NCBI GenBank assembly: GCA_002505345.1
Contig: DAUY01000016.1
Coordinates: 50,374-114,373, forward strand
Source of the DNA: Methanomassiliicoccaceae archaeon UBA370
GTDB lineage: Archaea; Thermoplasmatota; Thermoplasmata; Methanomassiliicoccales; Methanomethylophilaceae
Direction: 5' to 3'
Length of the DNA stretch: 64,000 bases
Positions within the stretch are counted from its first letter, which is position 1. Each line of letters starts with the position of its first letter. Positions 19,232-29,064 of the stretch are shown here, one piece after another. The position numbers and the translations under genes were made by a program. The notes under the pieces were generated by a model that saw only the letters and a list, made by a program, of their open reading frames with translations, searched no databases and was not told where the DNA came from.

Positions 19232-20190
19232 TAACCCAGGTCGGAAGATATCCGCGGAACCATCGCGGCGGTGACCGCCTGCTCGGTCAGAGTCTTGCGG
19301 TCTATCAGGCCGTTGCTGAGCATTCCGATGGCGCCCTGCCTTTTTCCGATACCTTTGTCTCCGTAGATCTCGGCTATCGCCCCTGCCACGGTGTAACCGT
19401 TCCGCACGAGGTCTGCAATCCCGTCCGGGTATGCGAACCCGGGCCCCATACCTACCGTCAGCGTTCCATGCCTGTCCATCACGGCGCAGTACTGGATATC
19501 GAAAAGGCCTTCTTCGCGCTCGAAGACGCCTGCCTCTATGCCGAAGGACATCTCATGGTCTCCGAGAGCTTTTATCGCCCGGTTTATGGCGCCCTTCCTG
19601 ACGTCTGACTCGAACGGCTGTTCGGGCACTCCGCTGTCAACATCGGCGGCGGTGATCCTCACGCTTCCGTAAATCTTCTCGAGCACGCTCCTTACGGCCT
19701 CGACCTTCACCGGGTTCATGGATCCGACCGCAACGTCCAAAGCGTCGCTGGAACCGTTCCTCCCGTATCTGCCCTCGAGGATCGCCCTTGAGCATATCTT
19801 CTCCCCGTCATCTGCCATTACAAGCGGCACGACGGAAAATTCCAGTGGCGGCACCCCACGGGACCTGCGGTCTTCGTTGATCCTCTTTCCGTTTGGCAGC
19901 GTCTCTTCCGTAAGGACAAGAACATCCACGGAATCCATAAGGTCTTTGGGACCGTAGATGTCATCAATGATGAATATCTCCCAGGGCTTGGACATCCCCG
20001 CCAAGAACGACCTTAGGGCCGATATCCTGAGCTCGAGCGGAAGTATCACCTTCCTTCCCCTGGCGGCCATTTCGTCGGACGTGATTCCTACGGCCACGCG
20101 GTCCCCGGCCTCGAACGCCCGCCTGAGGAGGGCTCGGTGACCGTCGTGAAGAATGTCGAACGTCCCGGCGACCGCTGAGCGCATGATCAT
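19228..20190 (-). CDS. Fusion protein: archaeal-type phosphopantetheine adenylyltransferase (N) + YjjX/DUF84-type inosine/xanthosine triphosphatase (C)
   Basis: The N-half AGTFDILHDGHRALL is the cytidylyltransferase (T/H)xGH motif. The C-half VGSMNPVKVEAV...VDSGVPEQPFE...GKRQGAIGMLSNG matches E. coli YjjX motifs. The start is set at ATG 20190 (MIMRSAV), which overlaps the upstream stop. The Arg-rich track extension to 20295 is rejected. Confidence 0.8.
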   Translation of the reverse strand: MIMRSAVAGTFDILHDGHRALLRRAFEAGDRVAVGITSDEMAARGRKVILPLELRISALRSFLAGMSKPWEIFIIDDIYGPKDLMDSVDVLVLTEETLPNGKRINEDRRSRGVPPLEFSVVPLVMADDGEKICSRAILEGRYGRNGSSDALDVAVGSMNPVKVEAVRSVLEKIYGSVRITAADVDSGVPEQPFESDVRKGAINRAIKALGDHEMSFGIEAGVFEREEGLFDIQYCAVMDRHGTLTVGMGPGFAYPDGIADLVRNGYTVAGAIAEIYGDKGIGKRQGAIGMLSNGLIDRKTLTEQAVTAAMVPRISSDLGY

Positions 20191-20384
20191 AACCCGCTGA
20201 CGACGATCGCGACGGTGGCGACCATTATTACCGCCAGTACCGCGACGTAGATCTTCAGTTTCTTCTTGACCTCTTTGCCCGAGGTGTCTCTGCATTCGTC
20301 GCCGCAGTAATTACCTACGCCGACGAACGCCTTCCCGCAGTTGATGCAGTGTCTGTGCTGGGGTATCCTCTCGCCTTCGGCCAT
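20187..20384 (-). CDS. Small zinc-ribbon protein with C-terminal TM helix (DUF2116-like)
   Basis: 65 aa. HRHCINCGK...NYCGDEC followed by the hydrophobic IYVAVLAVIMVATVAIVV. It overlaps the next gene in ATGA fashion. Confidence 0.5.
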   Translation of the reverse strand: MAEGERIPQHRHCINCGKAFVGVGNYCGDECRDTSGKEVKKKLKIYVAVLAVIMVATVAIVVSGL

Positions 20385-20415
20385 GATGGGTCATCCCGGT
20401 GCAGATAATAAAGTT

Positions 20416-21030
20416 TCACTCTGCACGGTCCATCTCGTTATGGACCACTACGATGCACTGATTGGCATGGAGGCTCCGGGGCCCAAGGCATATCTTGGCA
20501 GGCGAGCTCTCGAGAAGGAACGCCTCCTCCTCCGCAGTGAGGTCCCTGTCGTCGCCCAGGACGAAGACGGGGTCTCCGGGGAACGTGAAATTCCTCACAT
20601 CGGTGCCGTCCTCTTTGAGATAGACCAGCTCCCCTTTCTCGGAAAGAGAGGTTATCACGTCTTGGAACGACATCCTGGATATGTACACTCCGGGAGAAGA
20701 CCTGACCTCCCCCTCCTGCGGTACCTTCTTCAGAAGGGCATTGCGTACTAGCGATGCTGTGCTCCTCTCGTCCGGGTTGAGATACCTGATCTCATCCCCG
20801 GAAAAACGTACGGTCTTGGGTGCATCCGAACCTCCCTGAAGTATAAGATATGCCTCGGTGTCCCTCCTTATGTCATGGCTGAGGAAGAACGCGGATGTGA
20901 CGCATCTGACGAGGACGTCCAGCCTTCCCGCGCCCCCGCAAATGTCGTCCAGCTTGAAATCCGGAGTGCTGTACGCGCGATGTCCTACGATAACGAAATA
21001 CCGCACAGGATCACTGCCCCATGTCGGCAT
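20416..21030 (-). CDS. trmY: tRNA (pseudouridine54-N1)-methyltransferase TrmY (SPOUT, DUF358)
   Basis: 204 aa. RYFVIVGHRA...GGAGRLDVLVRCV...LNPDERS...PVFVLGDDRDL are TrmY-like motifs. The ATG at 21030 overlaps the srp54 end. The GTG at 21006 is a non-overlapping alternative. Confidence 0.8.
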   Translation of the reverse strand: MPTWGSDPVRYFVIVGHRAYSTPDFKLDDICGGAGRLDVLVRCVTSAFFLSHDIRRDTEAYLILQGGSDAPKTVRFSGDEIRYLNPDERSTASLVRNALLKKVPQEGEVRSSPGVYISRMSFQDVITSLSEKGELVYLKEDGTDVRNFTFPGDPVFVLGDDRDLTAEEEAFLLESSPAKICLGPRSLHANQCIVVVHNEMDRAE

Positions 21031-22354
21031 CCATGTCGCCGAACTGCTTCATCAGCTTCTTGCGCATCTTGCGGTCCTTTCCTATCGTGCCCATCATCTT
21101 CCTGCTCTGATTGTATTGTTTGAGAAGAAGGCGGACGTCCTTGGGCTCCACCCCGGCGCCGGCCGCTATCCTGTCGATGCGCTTCCCCTTGATGATGGCC
21201 GGCTGCTCCTTCTCCTGGAGCGTCATGGAGTCCATGATGACCCTGAACTGAGCGAGGCGTTTCTGAGATTCCTCGTAATCGATCTTGTCTTCCATGTTGC
21301 TCATACCCGGCAGCATCGACATCACCTTCTGGAGAGGCCCCATCTTTGTGACGGCGGCCATCTGCTGGTACATGTCCACCAGCGTGAACTTCCCGGAAAG
21401 CATGTTCTTGCTGGCCTGTTCCACTGACTCGTCGCCTGCGAACTCGTCCTTGGCTATCTGCGCAAGGTATGACAGGTCGCCCATGCCCAAAAGCCTGGAG
21501 ATGAACCTGTTGGCATCGAATGGTTCCAGATCCCGTATGTGCTCCCCGGTACCGATGAAGACGATCCTGGCGTCGGTCTTGGAAACCGCCGACAGCGCGC
21601 CGCCTCCTTTGGCCGTTCCGTCCATCTTTGTGAGTATGACCCCGGTGACGCCCACCGCGGCGTGGAACGCCTCCGCCTGCGGTCCGGCCTGCTGACCCAC
21701 CTGGGAGTCCAGTACCAATACCCTCTCGTCGGGCTTCGCCGCTTCTTCAATGTCCTTGAGCTCCTGTATGAGGTCGTCCTCCAGTGCATGACGTCCCGAA
21801 GTGTCCACGATGATGATCTTTTTGTCCTTGAAGGCGGCCATCCCGTTCTTTACTATCTTGGCCGCATTCTTCTCCCCGGGCTCGCCGTATACTTCGGCGC
21901 CCACCTTCTGTCCGAGCTGACTCAGCTGGTCAAGGGCTGCCGGTCGGTAGACGTCGGCCCCTATGAGGCCGACCGTGAATCCCTTTTTGATGAAATAATT
22001 GGCAAGCTTTCCGCAGGTCGTGGTCTTGCCCTGTCCGTAAAGGCCGACCATCATGATCTTCTGCGGTTTGAGATGCAGCCCCTCCCCGTTGTCCAGGAGT
22101 GAGACCAACTCGTCGTAGATGATGCTGATGACATGCTCCTTCGGGCTCTTGCCCGCAGGAGGCTTCTCATTGATTGCCCGTTCCTGGACTTTGGATGTTA
22201 GCCGCAGAACCAGCTGAACGTTGACATCGGCCTGCAGGAGCGCGCGCTGGAGGTCCTTGGATATTTCCTTTATCAGATCTTCGTCTACAGACGACGCACC
22301 GCTTATCTTGCCGAGAACGTTCCTCAGCGACTTGCCTAGACCTTCCAGAACCAT
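21011..22354 (-). CDS. srp54: Signal recognition particle protein SRP54
   Basis: 447 aa. GLYGQGKTTTCGKLA, VDTSGRH, TKMDGTAKGG and a Met-rich M domain. Confidence 0.95.
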   Translation of the reverse strand: MVLEGLGKSLRNVLGKISGASSVDEDLIKEISKDLQRALLQADVNVQLVLRLTSKVQERAINEKPPAGKSPKEHVISIIYDELVSLLDNGEGLHLKPQKIMMVGLYGQGKTTTCGKLANYFIKKGFTVGLIGADVYRPAALDQLSQLGQKVGAEVYGEPGEKNAAKIVKNGMAAFKDKKIIIVDTSGRHALEDDLIQELKDIEEAAKPDERVLVLDSQVGQQAGPQAEAFHAAVGVTGVILTKMDGTAKGGGALSAVSKTDARIVFIGTGEHIRDLEPFDANRFISRLLGMGDLSYLAQIAKDEFAGDESVEQASKNMLSGKFTLVDMYQQMAAVTKMGPLQKVMSMLPGMSNMEDKIDYEESQKRLAQFRVIMDSMTLQEKEQPAIIKGKRIDRIAAGAGVEPKDVRLLLKQYNQSRKMMGTIGKDRKMRKKLMKQFGDMDADMGQ

Positions 22355-22535
22355 GGGAACAAACCCTAAACGGGCTTGGATATATTATAGATTTCCAGAG
22401 ATGGTAGAAGTGCGGGAAGAGGCCAGCCGGTCAGAAGGGATGGGATGCACTCTACAGAACTGACCTAATCCCCGTATCACTTCATTGGTTGAAATCCTAT
22501 ATAAATATTTGTAAAAATCAGAAATGGTTTTTGTT

Positions 22536-22555
22536 GCCTGCGGATGACCGCAGGC
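22536..22555 (-). terminator. Hairpin just downstream of the coiled-coil gene stop
   Basis: GCCTGCGG-ATGA-CCGCAGGC (8-bp stem) lies 9 nt after the stop at 22564. On the minus strand a T5 run follows only about 17 nt later, so terminator function is tentative. Confidence 0.35.
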
Positions 22556-22563
22556 AGATGGTT

Positions 22564-23595
22564 TCAGAGGTAGCCCGACCTCTGGAGGGCCATGAGGTCC
22601 TCCGTGCTGAGCTTGTCTCCGTTCTTGAAGCGCTCGAAGATCTCCTTGGCCTCTTTCTTGTTGTCGGCCTCTGCCTTCTTCTTGCGGGCATTGGACTTGC
22701 GGTTCCTTATGGTGGAAGCCTCCCTGTCCGTATCCTGTATGGATCTGACGAGCTCTATGTGCATCCTGTGCTCCTCGTCTCCGAGGCGCTTGTATTCCAC
22801 GAGCTTCGCCTGTGCGCCGTCCGCCTCCTTCCTGAGCCTGTCGGCCTGGTCGTAGAGGGAGATCATCTTCTCGTGGGCCGCCTGTGCGAGGTCGGCGTTC
22901 TTCGACATCTCGGTGTGGAATCCTTCGGCGGCGGCCTTGGCCTCCCTGAAGTGGGACTGGACCTCCTTGTACTCGGCGTTGTGCTCCGTGGAAGACTCCA
23001 TCTCGGACTCGCGGTCCTCTATCTGTTTGGCCAGCTGGGATATGAGTTTTACGAGCTTGTCGTCCGCCGCTTTGGTTAGCACGCCGGTCTGCTGTTCGAG
23101 CTCCATCCTTCTGAGGTTTCTCTTCATCTCTTCGAGCGATGGTCCGGATTTCTCCTTGTCTTCGGGTTTCTCTGGTCTAAGTTCCGTCAGTTTTCCTTTG
23201 AGTTCAGACACTTTGACGTTCCACTCGTCCCTCTGGGCTTTGGCCTCCCTGACCAGCGTGTTGAACTGATCGCGTTCGTCCCTGCACTTTCCCGCCTCGG
23301 TGACCAGCTCCCTGACCTGAGAGTTGAGGGCGTCCCTCTTGGACTTCCACTCTTTGGTCATGGCATGGTATTCGTCCCTGAGCTTCCTGTGCTTGTCGGC
23401 ATCGTTGTTGACGATGCTGCGCTTCTCCTCGAGGGTCTCGAGCCTTTCCGCAGACTCCTTTTCGTCCTCTTCCGTAGTCTGCATTTCAGTCTCTTCGGTT
23501 TCGACGTTTTCGATAACATCGTTCTCGACCGTTTCGACTTCTTCTTGCTGAACTTCTTCAGAATTCTGCTGAACTTCCACATCAACCTCTTTCAT
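22564..23595 (-). CDS. Archaeal coiled-coil protein (COG1340-like) with acidic N-terminus
   Basis: Heptad-rich, K/E/R/L-rich sequence throughout. The start is moved to ATG 23595 (MKEVDVEVQQ) because palindromic TATA-like CTTATAAG / CTTATAAT elements at 23668-23690 lie too close to the track start at 23664. Confidence 0.7.
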   Translation of the reverse strand: MKEVDVEVQQNSEEVQQEEVETVENDVIENVETEETEMQTTEEDEKESAERLETLEEKRSIVNNDADKHRKLRDEYHAMTKEWKSKRDALNSQVRELVTEAGKCRDERDQFNTLVREAKAQRDEWNVKVSELKGKLTELRPEKPEDKEKSGPSLEEMKRNLRRMELEQQTGVLTKAADDKLVKLISQLAKQIEDRESEMESSTEHNAEYKEVQSHFREAKAAAEGFHTEMSKNADLAQAAHEKMISLYDQADRLRKEADGAQAKLVEYKRLGDEEHRMHIELVRSIQDTDREASTIRNRKSNARKKKAEADNKKEAKEIFERFKNGDKLSTEDLMALQRSGYL

Positions 23596-23749
23596 AAATC
23601 CACACTCGTGTTCGACCGACCATGAGCAAAAGCATGGTCCACTTACATTTTGCGCTATGGACAATTCGCTTATAAGATTTTCTCTTATAATCGTCGAATC
23701 TAAAGCCTCGTCCCGACAATTTCCCGTATCCAGGGCCGGACTTAATCAG

Positions 23750-23758
23750 TTATAAATA
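23750..23758 (+). promoter_or_regulatory. TATA box for purB
   Basis: TTATAAATA ends 29 nt upstream of the ATG at 23787. Confidence 0.5.
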
Positions 23759-23786
23759 ATGAGATTCACTCACACACTCGATTCAC

Positions 23787-25151
23787 ATGAAGGAACTATG
23801 CCCTCTGGACTACAGATACGGCCGCGAGGATATGAAGTCCATATTCTACGAGGACAGCCGTCTTCAGTACCAGATGGATGTGGAGTCTGCCCTTGCCAGG
23901 GCGCACGCATCCCTCGGCGCGATCGCCAAAGAAGATGCCGACGAGATCTCGAGGATCGCCAACATAAACACGGTCAGGCCGGAAAGGGTCAAAGAGATCG
24001 AGAAGGAGACCAGGCACGACGTCATGGCGATGATAAAGGCCATGACCGAACAGTGCAGAGGCGACTCGGGCAAGTACGTCCATCTTGGCGCCACTTCGAA
24101 CGATATAGTGGACACCGCCACTGCCCTTCAGATCAAGGCAGCATTGGACATAATCGACAAAGATGTGGACGCCTTGATATACACCTTCGCCAAGCTCGCG
24201 AAAAAAGAGAGGGACACGCTGGAGATAGGAAGGACCCACGCACAGTTCGCCATCCCCATAACTTTCGGATTCAAGATCTCCGGATACATAGCGGAGATGC
24301 TGAGGCACAGGGACAGGCTGAGGGAGGTCAGGCCGCGCGCCTGCGCCGGTAAGATGGCCGGGGCGGTCGGGACGGGTGCCGCCCTCGGCAAGAACTTCTT
24401 CAAGGTACAGGAGGCCGTGATGAAGGACCTCGGCCTGGAATACGAGCCCGCGGCCACCCAGGTCGTGGGGCGCGACAGATACACCGAACTGATATGTCTG
24501 ATGGCCAACATCGCCACCTCCCTGGAGCGCTACTGTACGGAAGTCAGGAACCTCCAGAGGTCGGAGATCGGAGAAGCCTCCGAGGCCTTCGATGAGACCA
24601 AACAGGTCGGAAGCTCCACCATGGCGCACAAACGCAACCCCATCAACTCCGAGAACGTCTGCGGACTGGCCAGGGTACTGCGCGGATTCGTGACGCCGAC
24701 ATTCGAGTGCCAGGTGCTTTGGCATGAAAGGGACCTTTCCAATTCGTCGGCGGAAAGGTTCACTCTCCCCCATGTTTTCACATTGGCGGACGAGATGCTG
24801 AAGAAGACCGACTACATCTTCGGCGGACTTACCGTCCATTCGGACATCATGCTCAGGAACATCGAGTCGTCCAAAGGCCTTGTCATGGCCGAACCGGTCA
24901 TGATGAAGCTGACCGAGAAGGGGATGGGCAGACAGGATGCGCATGAGGTGATCCGCAAGGCGTCGATGGCCGCCGTCGACAAGGACCGCCAGCTCCGCGA
25001 CGTGCTTCTGGAGACCGAAGAGCTGAAAGGCGTCCTTACCGCCGACGAGATAAGGTCGGCCATGGACCCCGCCGGATACACCGGAGGTTCGGGGGAGATC
25101 ACAGACCGTATGGTCGCCGCGGCCGAGAAGGCTCTGGGCAGAAAGGTGTGA
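23787..25151 (+). CDS. purB: Adenylosuccinate lyase
   Basis: 454 aa with the fumarate-lyase signature GSSTMAHKRNP. Confidence 0.95.
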   Translation: MKELCPLDYRYGREDMKSIFYEDSRLQYQMDVESALARAHASLGAIAKEDADEISRIANINTVRPERVKEIEKETRHDVMAMIKAMTEQCRGDSGKYVHLGATSNDIVDTATALQIKAALDIIDKDVDALIYTFAKLAKKERDTLEIGRTHAQFAIPITFGFKISGYIAEMLRHRDRLREVRPRACAGKMAGAVGTGAALGKNFFKVQEAVMKDLGLEYEPAATQVVGRDRYTELICLMANIATSLERYCTEVRNLQRSEIGEASEAFDETKQVGSSTMAHKRNPINSENVCGLARVLRGFVTPTFECQVLWHERDLSNSSAERFTLPHVFTLADEMLKKTDYIFGGLTVHSDIMLRNIESSKGLVMAEPVMMKLTEKGMGRQDAHEVIRKASMAAVDKDRQLRDVLLETEELKGVLTADEIRSAMDPAGYTGGSGEITDRMVAAAEKALGRKV

Positions 25152-25153
25152 CT

Positions 25154-25324
25154 ATGAAAGAACGCAACTCGAGGCTCAAACAGGCCACGGTGTTCGGCCT
25201 GATAGCCGGTGCGGTGGTATTCTCCATATTCTACTATCTGGACCCGTCGCTGAAGTACCTCCTGTTCATACCTTTCGGGGGCCTTATTGGGTGGGCCACA
25301 CTTTTTGTCGACAAGGAAGAATGA
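25154..25324 (+). CDS. Possible 56-aa two-TM membrane peptide
   Basis: Shorter than any ORF in the track (shortest listed is 60 aa). The ATG lies 3 nt after the purB stop. MKERNSRLKQATVFGLIAGAVVFSIFYYLDPSLKYLLFIPFGGLIGWATLFVDKEE. It exactly fills the gap to the next gene. Confidence 0.3.
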   Translation: MKERNSRLKQATVFGLIAGAVVFSIFYYLDPSLKYLLFIPFGGLIGWATLFVDKEE

Positions 25325-25732
25325 TCAGAGCTTCTTGCCCGAGTGCGAGCCGGGCGTTACATAGAAGACTTCCTTGACCGTCAGCTTGAGCAGCGTTTTG
25401 GCGGGATAGGTCTCCTTCCTCTCATGTGCCAGCACCACAGCTTTTTCATAGTCTGCGCCGGAATCCTCTATCTTCACCGAGCACTTTACCTGATAGCTTT
25501 CTTTTACGCCGTCATGCCATATGTAGAATGACGCTACGGGGTTCTCGCGGACGTTCTTAAGCGTCTTATCCATGTAGTTATCGATGACCCAGATGTTTCC
25601 GTCCGGACCTTCGAAAAGAAAACCTACGGGCACCACGTTCGGTACGCCGTCTTTCGACGCGGTCGCCAGGGAATAGATCCTCTGCCCTTCCATCGCATTC
25701 TGAACTTCTGTGCTCAGTCCTTTTATCGCCAT
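25325..25732 (-). CDS. Pyridoxamine 5'-phosphate oxidase-like FMN-binding split-barrel protein
   Basis: 135 aa. SLATASKDGVPNVVPVGF...NIWVIDNYMDKTLKNVRENP is typical of the family. Confidence 0.75.
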   Translation of the reverse strand: MAIKGLSTEVQNAMEGQRIYSLATASKDGVPNVVPVGFLFEGPDGNIWVIDNYMDKTLKNVRENPVASFYIWHDGVKESYQVKCSVKIEDSGADYEKAVVLAHERKETYPAKTLLKLTVKEVFYVTPGSHSGKKL

Positions 25733-25766
25733 GAACGGGTATGCACAAGCCGACGTAAATATTTCG

Positions 25767-26570
25767 TCAGTTCAAGGCCGAATATGCGGGGATGCCTTCG
25801 TCTACTTTTGTCACCACGCCTCTGGTCGCATCTGTTCCGAGTATCACTTCAACGTCGAAACGGTCGTCGCTTCTGTCGAGCGATATGGCCTCCTCCGGGG
25901 AGAGATGAGAATAATACGTACCGGGGATGTGTTTGCGGGCGGCCTCGCAGGCAGAATCCATCTGTGCCAGCGTGGGCCTCTGATAAGGCTGCCCGGGGAC
26001 GGGTATATACCCCATGATGTGGAATTTTGTCACTCCGATGGAGGACAGGTGCTCGGCGGCGGCCTCTATCTGGTCCACGTCGACGCAGCCGGGGATGTAG
26101 ATCATGTTGGTGGCCACGTCCATTCCGCGTTCGACGGCCGATCTGACCTCCCCGTATATCTTGGCCTTGGGTATCCCGGTGAGAAGGAGATGGCAATCTT
26201 CATACCAGGCCTTCAGGCCCACGTTCGCGGCGTCGATGTTCTCCATGGATAGGTTGGACCCGTTGGTGTGGCCGAGGGACGTGGTGGCACCAAGGACGTC
26301 CTTGCTGAACGCGAGGAGCCTCGGAAGGTCCTTGGAGACGGTCGGTTCTCCGCCCATGAAGTTGACGCGGGATGGGGAGACGGAAAGGAGCGCGTCCTCG
26401 ATCTCCTCCGGTTTGAGGAACCTTTCGGGCCTGGGGTATGCCAGGCCGGGGGTCCCGTTGGGCCCGCTGCGGAGCTTATAGCTGCATATCGGGCAACGGA
26501 ACGTGCACCCATAATTGTGAACTGTCGCAAAATCATGCTTCTTATTATAGGTCACGTTGTAGAACGCCAT
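25767..26570 (-). CDS. Radical SAM protein
   Basis: 267 aa. CTFRCPIC (CxxxCxxC) near the N-terminus, followed by a GGEP motif (NFMGGEPT). Confidence 0.8.
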   Translation of the reverse strand: MAFYNVTYNKKHDFATVHNYGCTFRCPICSYKLRSGPNGTPGLAYPRPERFLKPEEIEDALLSVSPSRVNFMGGEPTVSKDLPRLLAFSKDVLGATTSLGHTNGSNLSMENIDAANVGLKAWYEDCHLLLTGIPKAKIYGEVRSAVERGMDVATNMIYIPGCVDVDQIEAAAEHLSSIGVTKFHIMGYIPVPGQPYQRPTLAQMDSACEAARKHIPGTYYSHLSPEEAISLDRSDDRFDVEVILGTDATRGVVTKVDEGIPAYSALN

Positions 26571-26723
26571 GCAAATCCTGGATTTAGATGTGGTCGCCCA
26601 TATATAACGTTATTACCGATTTCGGATTAGTGTTACCACGATAATACATTCATGTTATCCGTATGCGCCCTTGTTGGGACCGCCCGCTGCTGGCGCCCCG
26701 ATCGGGCTCGAAGTTGCAAATGG

Positions 26724-26731
26724 TTTATATT
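26724..26731 (+). promoter_or_regulatory. TATA box for tRNA-Ala
   Basis: TTTATATT ends 26 nt upstream of tRNA position 1. Confidence 0.55.
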
Positions 26732-26756
26732 CTACTTCTGAATGACACTCTCAGAT

Positions 26757-26830
26757 GGGCAAGTAGATCAGCCCGGTAGATCGCTTCGTTCGCAACGAAG
26801 AAGCCGCGAGTTCAAATCTCGCCTTGTCCA
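26757..26830 (+). tRNA. tRNA-Ala (anticodon CGC)
   Basis: Hand-folded cloverleaf. Acceptor GGGCAAG/CTTGTCC includes a G3:U70 pair. D arm GATC/GATC. Anticodon stem CTTCG/CGAAG with loop TTCGCAA. T arm GCGAG-TTCAAAT-CTCGC. 74 nt, no encoded CCA, no intron. Confidence 0.92.
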
Positions 26831-27084
26831 CTTCTACCTATCCTCCGGGCGACATGTGACTTTTCTTTTGCTTTGCATGACGGCGGCATTTTTCCCGAAA
26901 TGAATTCAAATCTTTCTTCGGCGTGTCTCTCACCCTGTTCCGAAACCCGACTTTAGGTGCGGCCTGTCAGCATGATTGGCTGAGAGGGGAAATGAATGAT
27001 GCAGGATATCGGCAGGAAGATAGGGAACAGAGCGGCAATACCCAAACTGCTTAAATAGGATGAGCATATGGGCCGTTAATTCGA

Positions 27085-29064
27085 ATGGATATCCTTAGCG
27101 TGCAACTGCAGGATGGGGCGTTGGCAGCGTTATTCTTCGTCGCTGTATTCTTGCCTGCCGTGTCGGGCATAACACTTGGAATGCTCTTCAGGTCGAACAG
27201 GGTTGCAAACGTGGTGGCCAGCCTGTGCATCGTATCCTGCATGGCAGGGGCGTCGACGTATTTCCTGTGGAGCGCCGGGGTCGATCTGAGCTATACGCTT
27301 CCGTTGCCTTCTGCGGCCGGACAGTATATTCTGTCCATCGATCAGCTTTCCGCAGCGATGATCTCCTTCTCCTCGGTCATATTCATGCTAATCGTGGTCC
27401 ACGTGGTCAAGTCCACATCGGATTCCGGTTGCAAGTACAGCGCACTGCTTAACGCCCTGTTCCTTGCATGCTTCTCCTGTATGGCGGCCGACACCGCGCT
27501 TGTCCTTCTGATGTCCTGGGAGATGGTCACCTTGGTGACGTTCCTTCTTTCGAGGAACGGTGACAACGAGAGGGCAAGATGGCTGTTCTTCGTGATAGCC
27601 CACATCGGAGGACTGATCCTTATCTGCGCCTTCGTGTACATATCGTCGGTGGCCGGGACCCAGGTCCTGTCACAATGGAGGAATCTCGGGCCCACCCTTG
27701 GCGACCTTACCTCCACCGCCCTTGTCCTGATGATAATCCTGGGCTTCGGCTCCAAACTGGGACTGATACCTTTCCACGCCTGGATGCCCGATCTTTATGC
27801 CTCTGCCCCTATCCACACCACGGCACTGCTTTCCACCGTATGCTCGAACGTTGCCATCCTGGTGCTCGTAAAGAGCATCTTCTCCTACATCGGCGTATCG
27901 CCCTCCATGTCCTGGGCGGCCTTCGCCGTAATAGCACTGGCCGCCGCCACGGCTCTGTGGGGGGCCATGGAGTCTCTGGTACAGAAGGAGCCGAAGAAGA
28001 TACTTGCCTACTCGAGCATGGAGAACATGGCCCTGGTCGTCCTCTGCCTGTCCCTGGGAATGGTGTACATCGGCGAGTCGCCGGTTCTAGCCAAGCTCAT
28101 TCTGATCGCCGCCGTGCTACATACGATGAACCATGCGGTTTTCAAATCCCTGATGCTGATGACGATCGACACTGTAGAGGACTGCACAGGGGAAACAAAC
28201 ATAGGGAAGATGGGAGGGCTGTCGAAGACGCTGCCGATACTCTCGATGGTCGCCATAGTGGGCGTTATTTCAATGGCCGCAATACCTCCCACAAACGGAT
28301 TCGTCAGCGAATGGCTGATGATCCAGTCTATTATGGGCGCAGACCTCGAATCCACGGGCATGAGCATTCTGATGCCCCTCGCCCTCGCCGCCGTCGGAAT
28401 ATGCGGCATGATGATGGCGGCATCTTACGCCCGCCTGTATGCCTTCGTGTTCCTCGGAAGACCCCGCTCGGAAGGTATGAAAAAGCCCCGTCCCATGAAG
28501 AAGGGGACCATTTTACCCATGGCAGTGCTGGCCCTCCTGTGTCTGGGGATGGGTTTCTTCGCTACCGTGTTCATGGACGTCCTAACCTCCGGAATAGAGG
28601 CCGTTACCGGCATCCCGTCGGACCCCGGATACAGGAGCGTCATGTCGGGAGAGATGTTGCCTCTTCTGCTCGGAATAACCATAACGGTCGTTCTGGCACT
28701 TTTGATGTGGATTTTCAGGAAAGAAAAACGGAAGGAGAGAAAGACCAGGACATGGGGGTGCGGGGAGAGGTTGGACAGCAATATGCAGTATTCTTCCATC
28801 GGATTCTCCCAGCCTCTGGTGAAGGTCTTCCATCCTTTCTACGGAGACACCTCAGTGGTGAAAGAATCCGAAAATAAAGAGAACAAAACCTTGGTGATGG
28901 AGTTCTCGGAACCTTTCGTGAAATATCTGTACAAACCCGTGTCGGCAATTGTGTCCATTCTTTCGGAGAGAATGGGAAAAATCCAGACCGGTAACATCCA
29001 AACTTATTTCGGATACATGCTGGTGACCTTGGTCGTCGCTCTCCTGGCGGTGAGATTGCTATGA
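27085..29064 (+). CDS. HyfB/NuoL-like antiporter-type membrane subunit
   Basis: 659 aa polytopic protein. The SWEMVTLVTFLL, KLGLIPFHAWMPD and YSSMENM motifs are characteristic of NuoL/HyfB/Mrp-type subunits. Confidence 0.85.
   Translation: MDILSVQLQDGALAALFFVAVFLPAVSGITLGMLFRSNRVANVVASLCIVSCMAGASTYFLWSAGVDLSYTLPLPSAAGQYILSIDQLSAAMISFSSVIFMLIVVHVVKSTSDSGCKYSALLNALFLACFSCMAADTALVLLMSWEMVTLVTFLLSRNGDNERARWLFFVIAHIGGLILICAFVYISSVAGTQVLSQWRNLGPTLGDLTSTALVLMIILGFGSKLGLIPFHAWMPDLYASAPIHTTALLSTVCSNVAILVLVKSIFSYIGVSPSMSWAAFAVIALAAATALWGAMESLVQKEPKKILAYSSMENMALVVLCLSLGMVYIGESPVLAKLILIAAVLHTMNHAVFKSLMLMTIDTVEDCTGETNIGKMGGLSKTLPILSMVAIVGVISMAAIPPTNGFVSEWLMIQSIMGADLESTGMSILMPLALAAVGICGMMMAASYARLYAFVFLGRPRSEGMKKPRPMKKGTILPMAVLALLCLGMGFFATVFMDVLTSGIEAVTGIPSDPGYRSVMSGEMLPLLLGITITVVLALLMWIFRKEKRKERKTRTWGCGERLDSNMQYSSIGFSQPLVKVFHPFYGDTSVVKESENKENKTLVMEFSEPFVKYLYKPVSAIVSILSERMGKIQTGNIQTYFGYMLVTLVVALLAVRLL

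Noticed and set aside
23480-23590. Short direct DNA repeats (for example CTGCTGAACTTC twice) at the 5' end of the coiled-coil gene.
   Set aside because: They encode the repetitive acidic EVQQ/EEVQQ N-terminal tail of the protein. This is coding low complexity, not a regulatory or mobile repeat.
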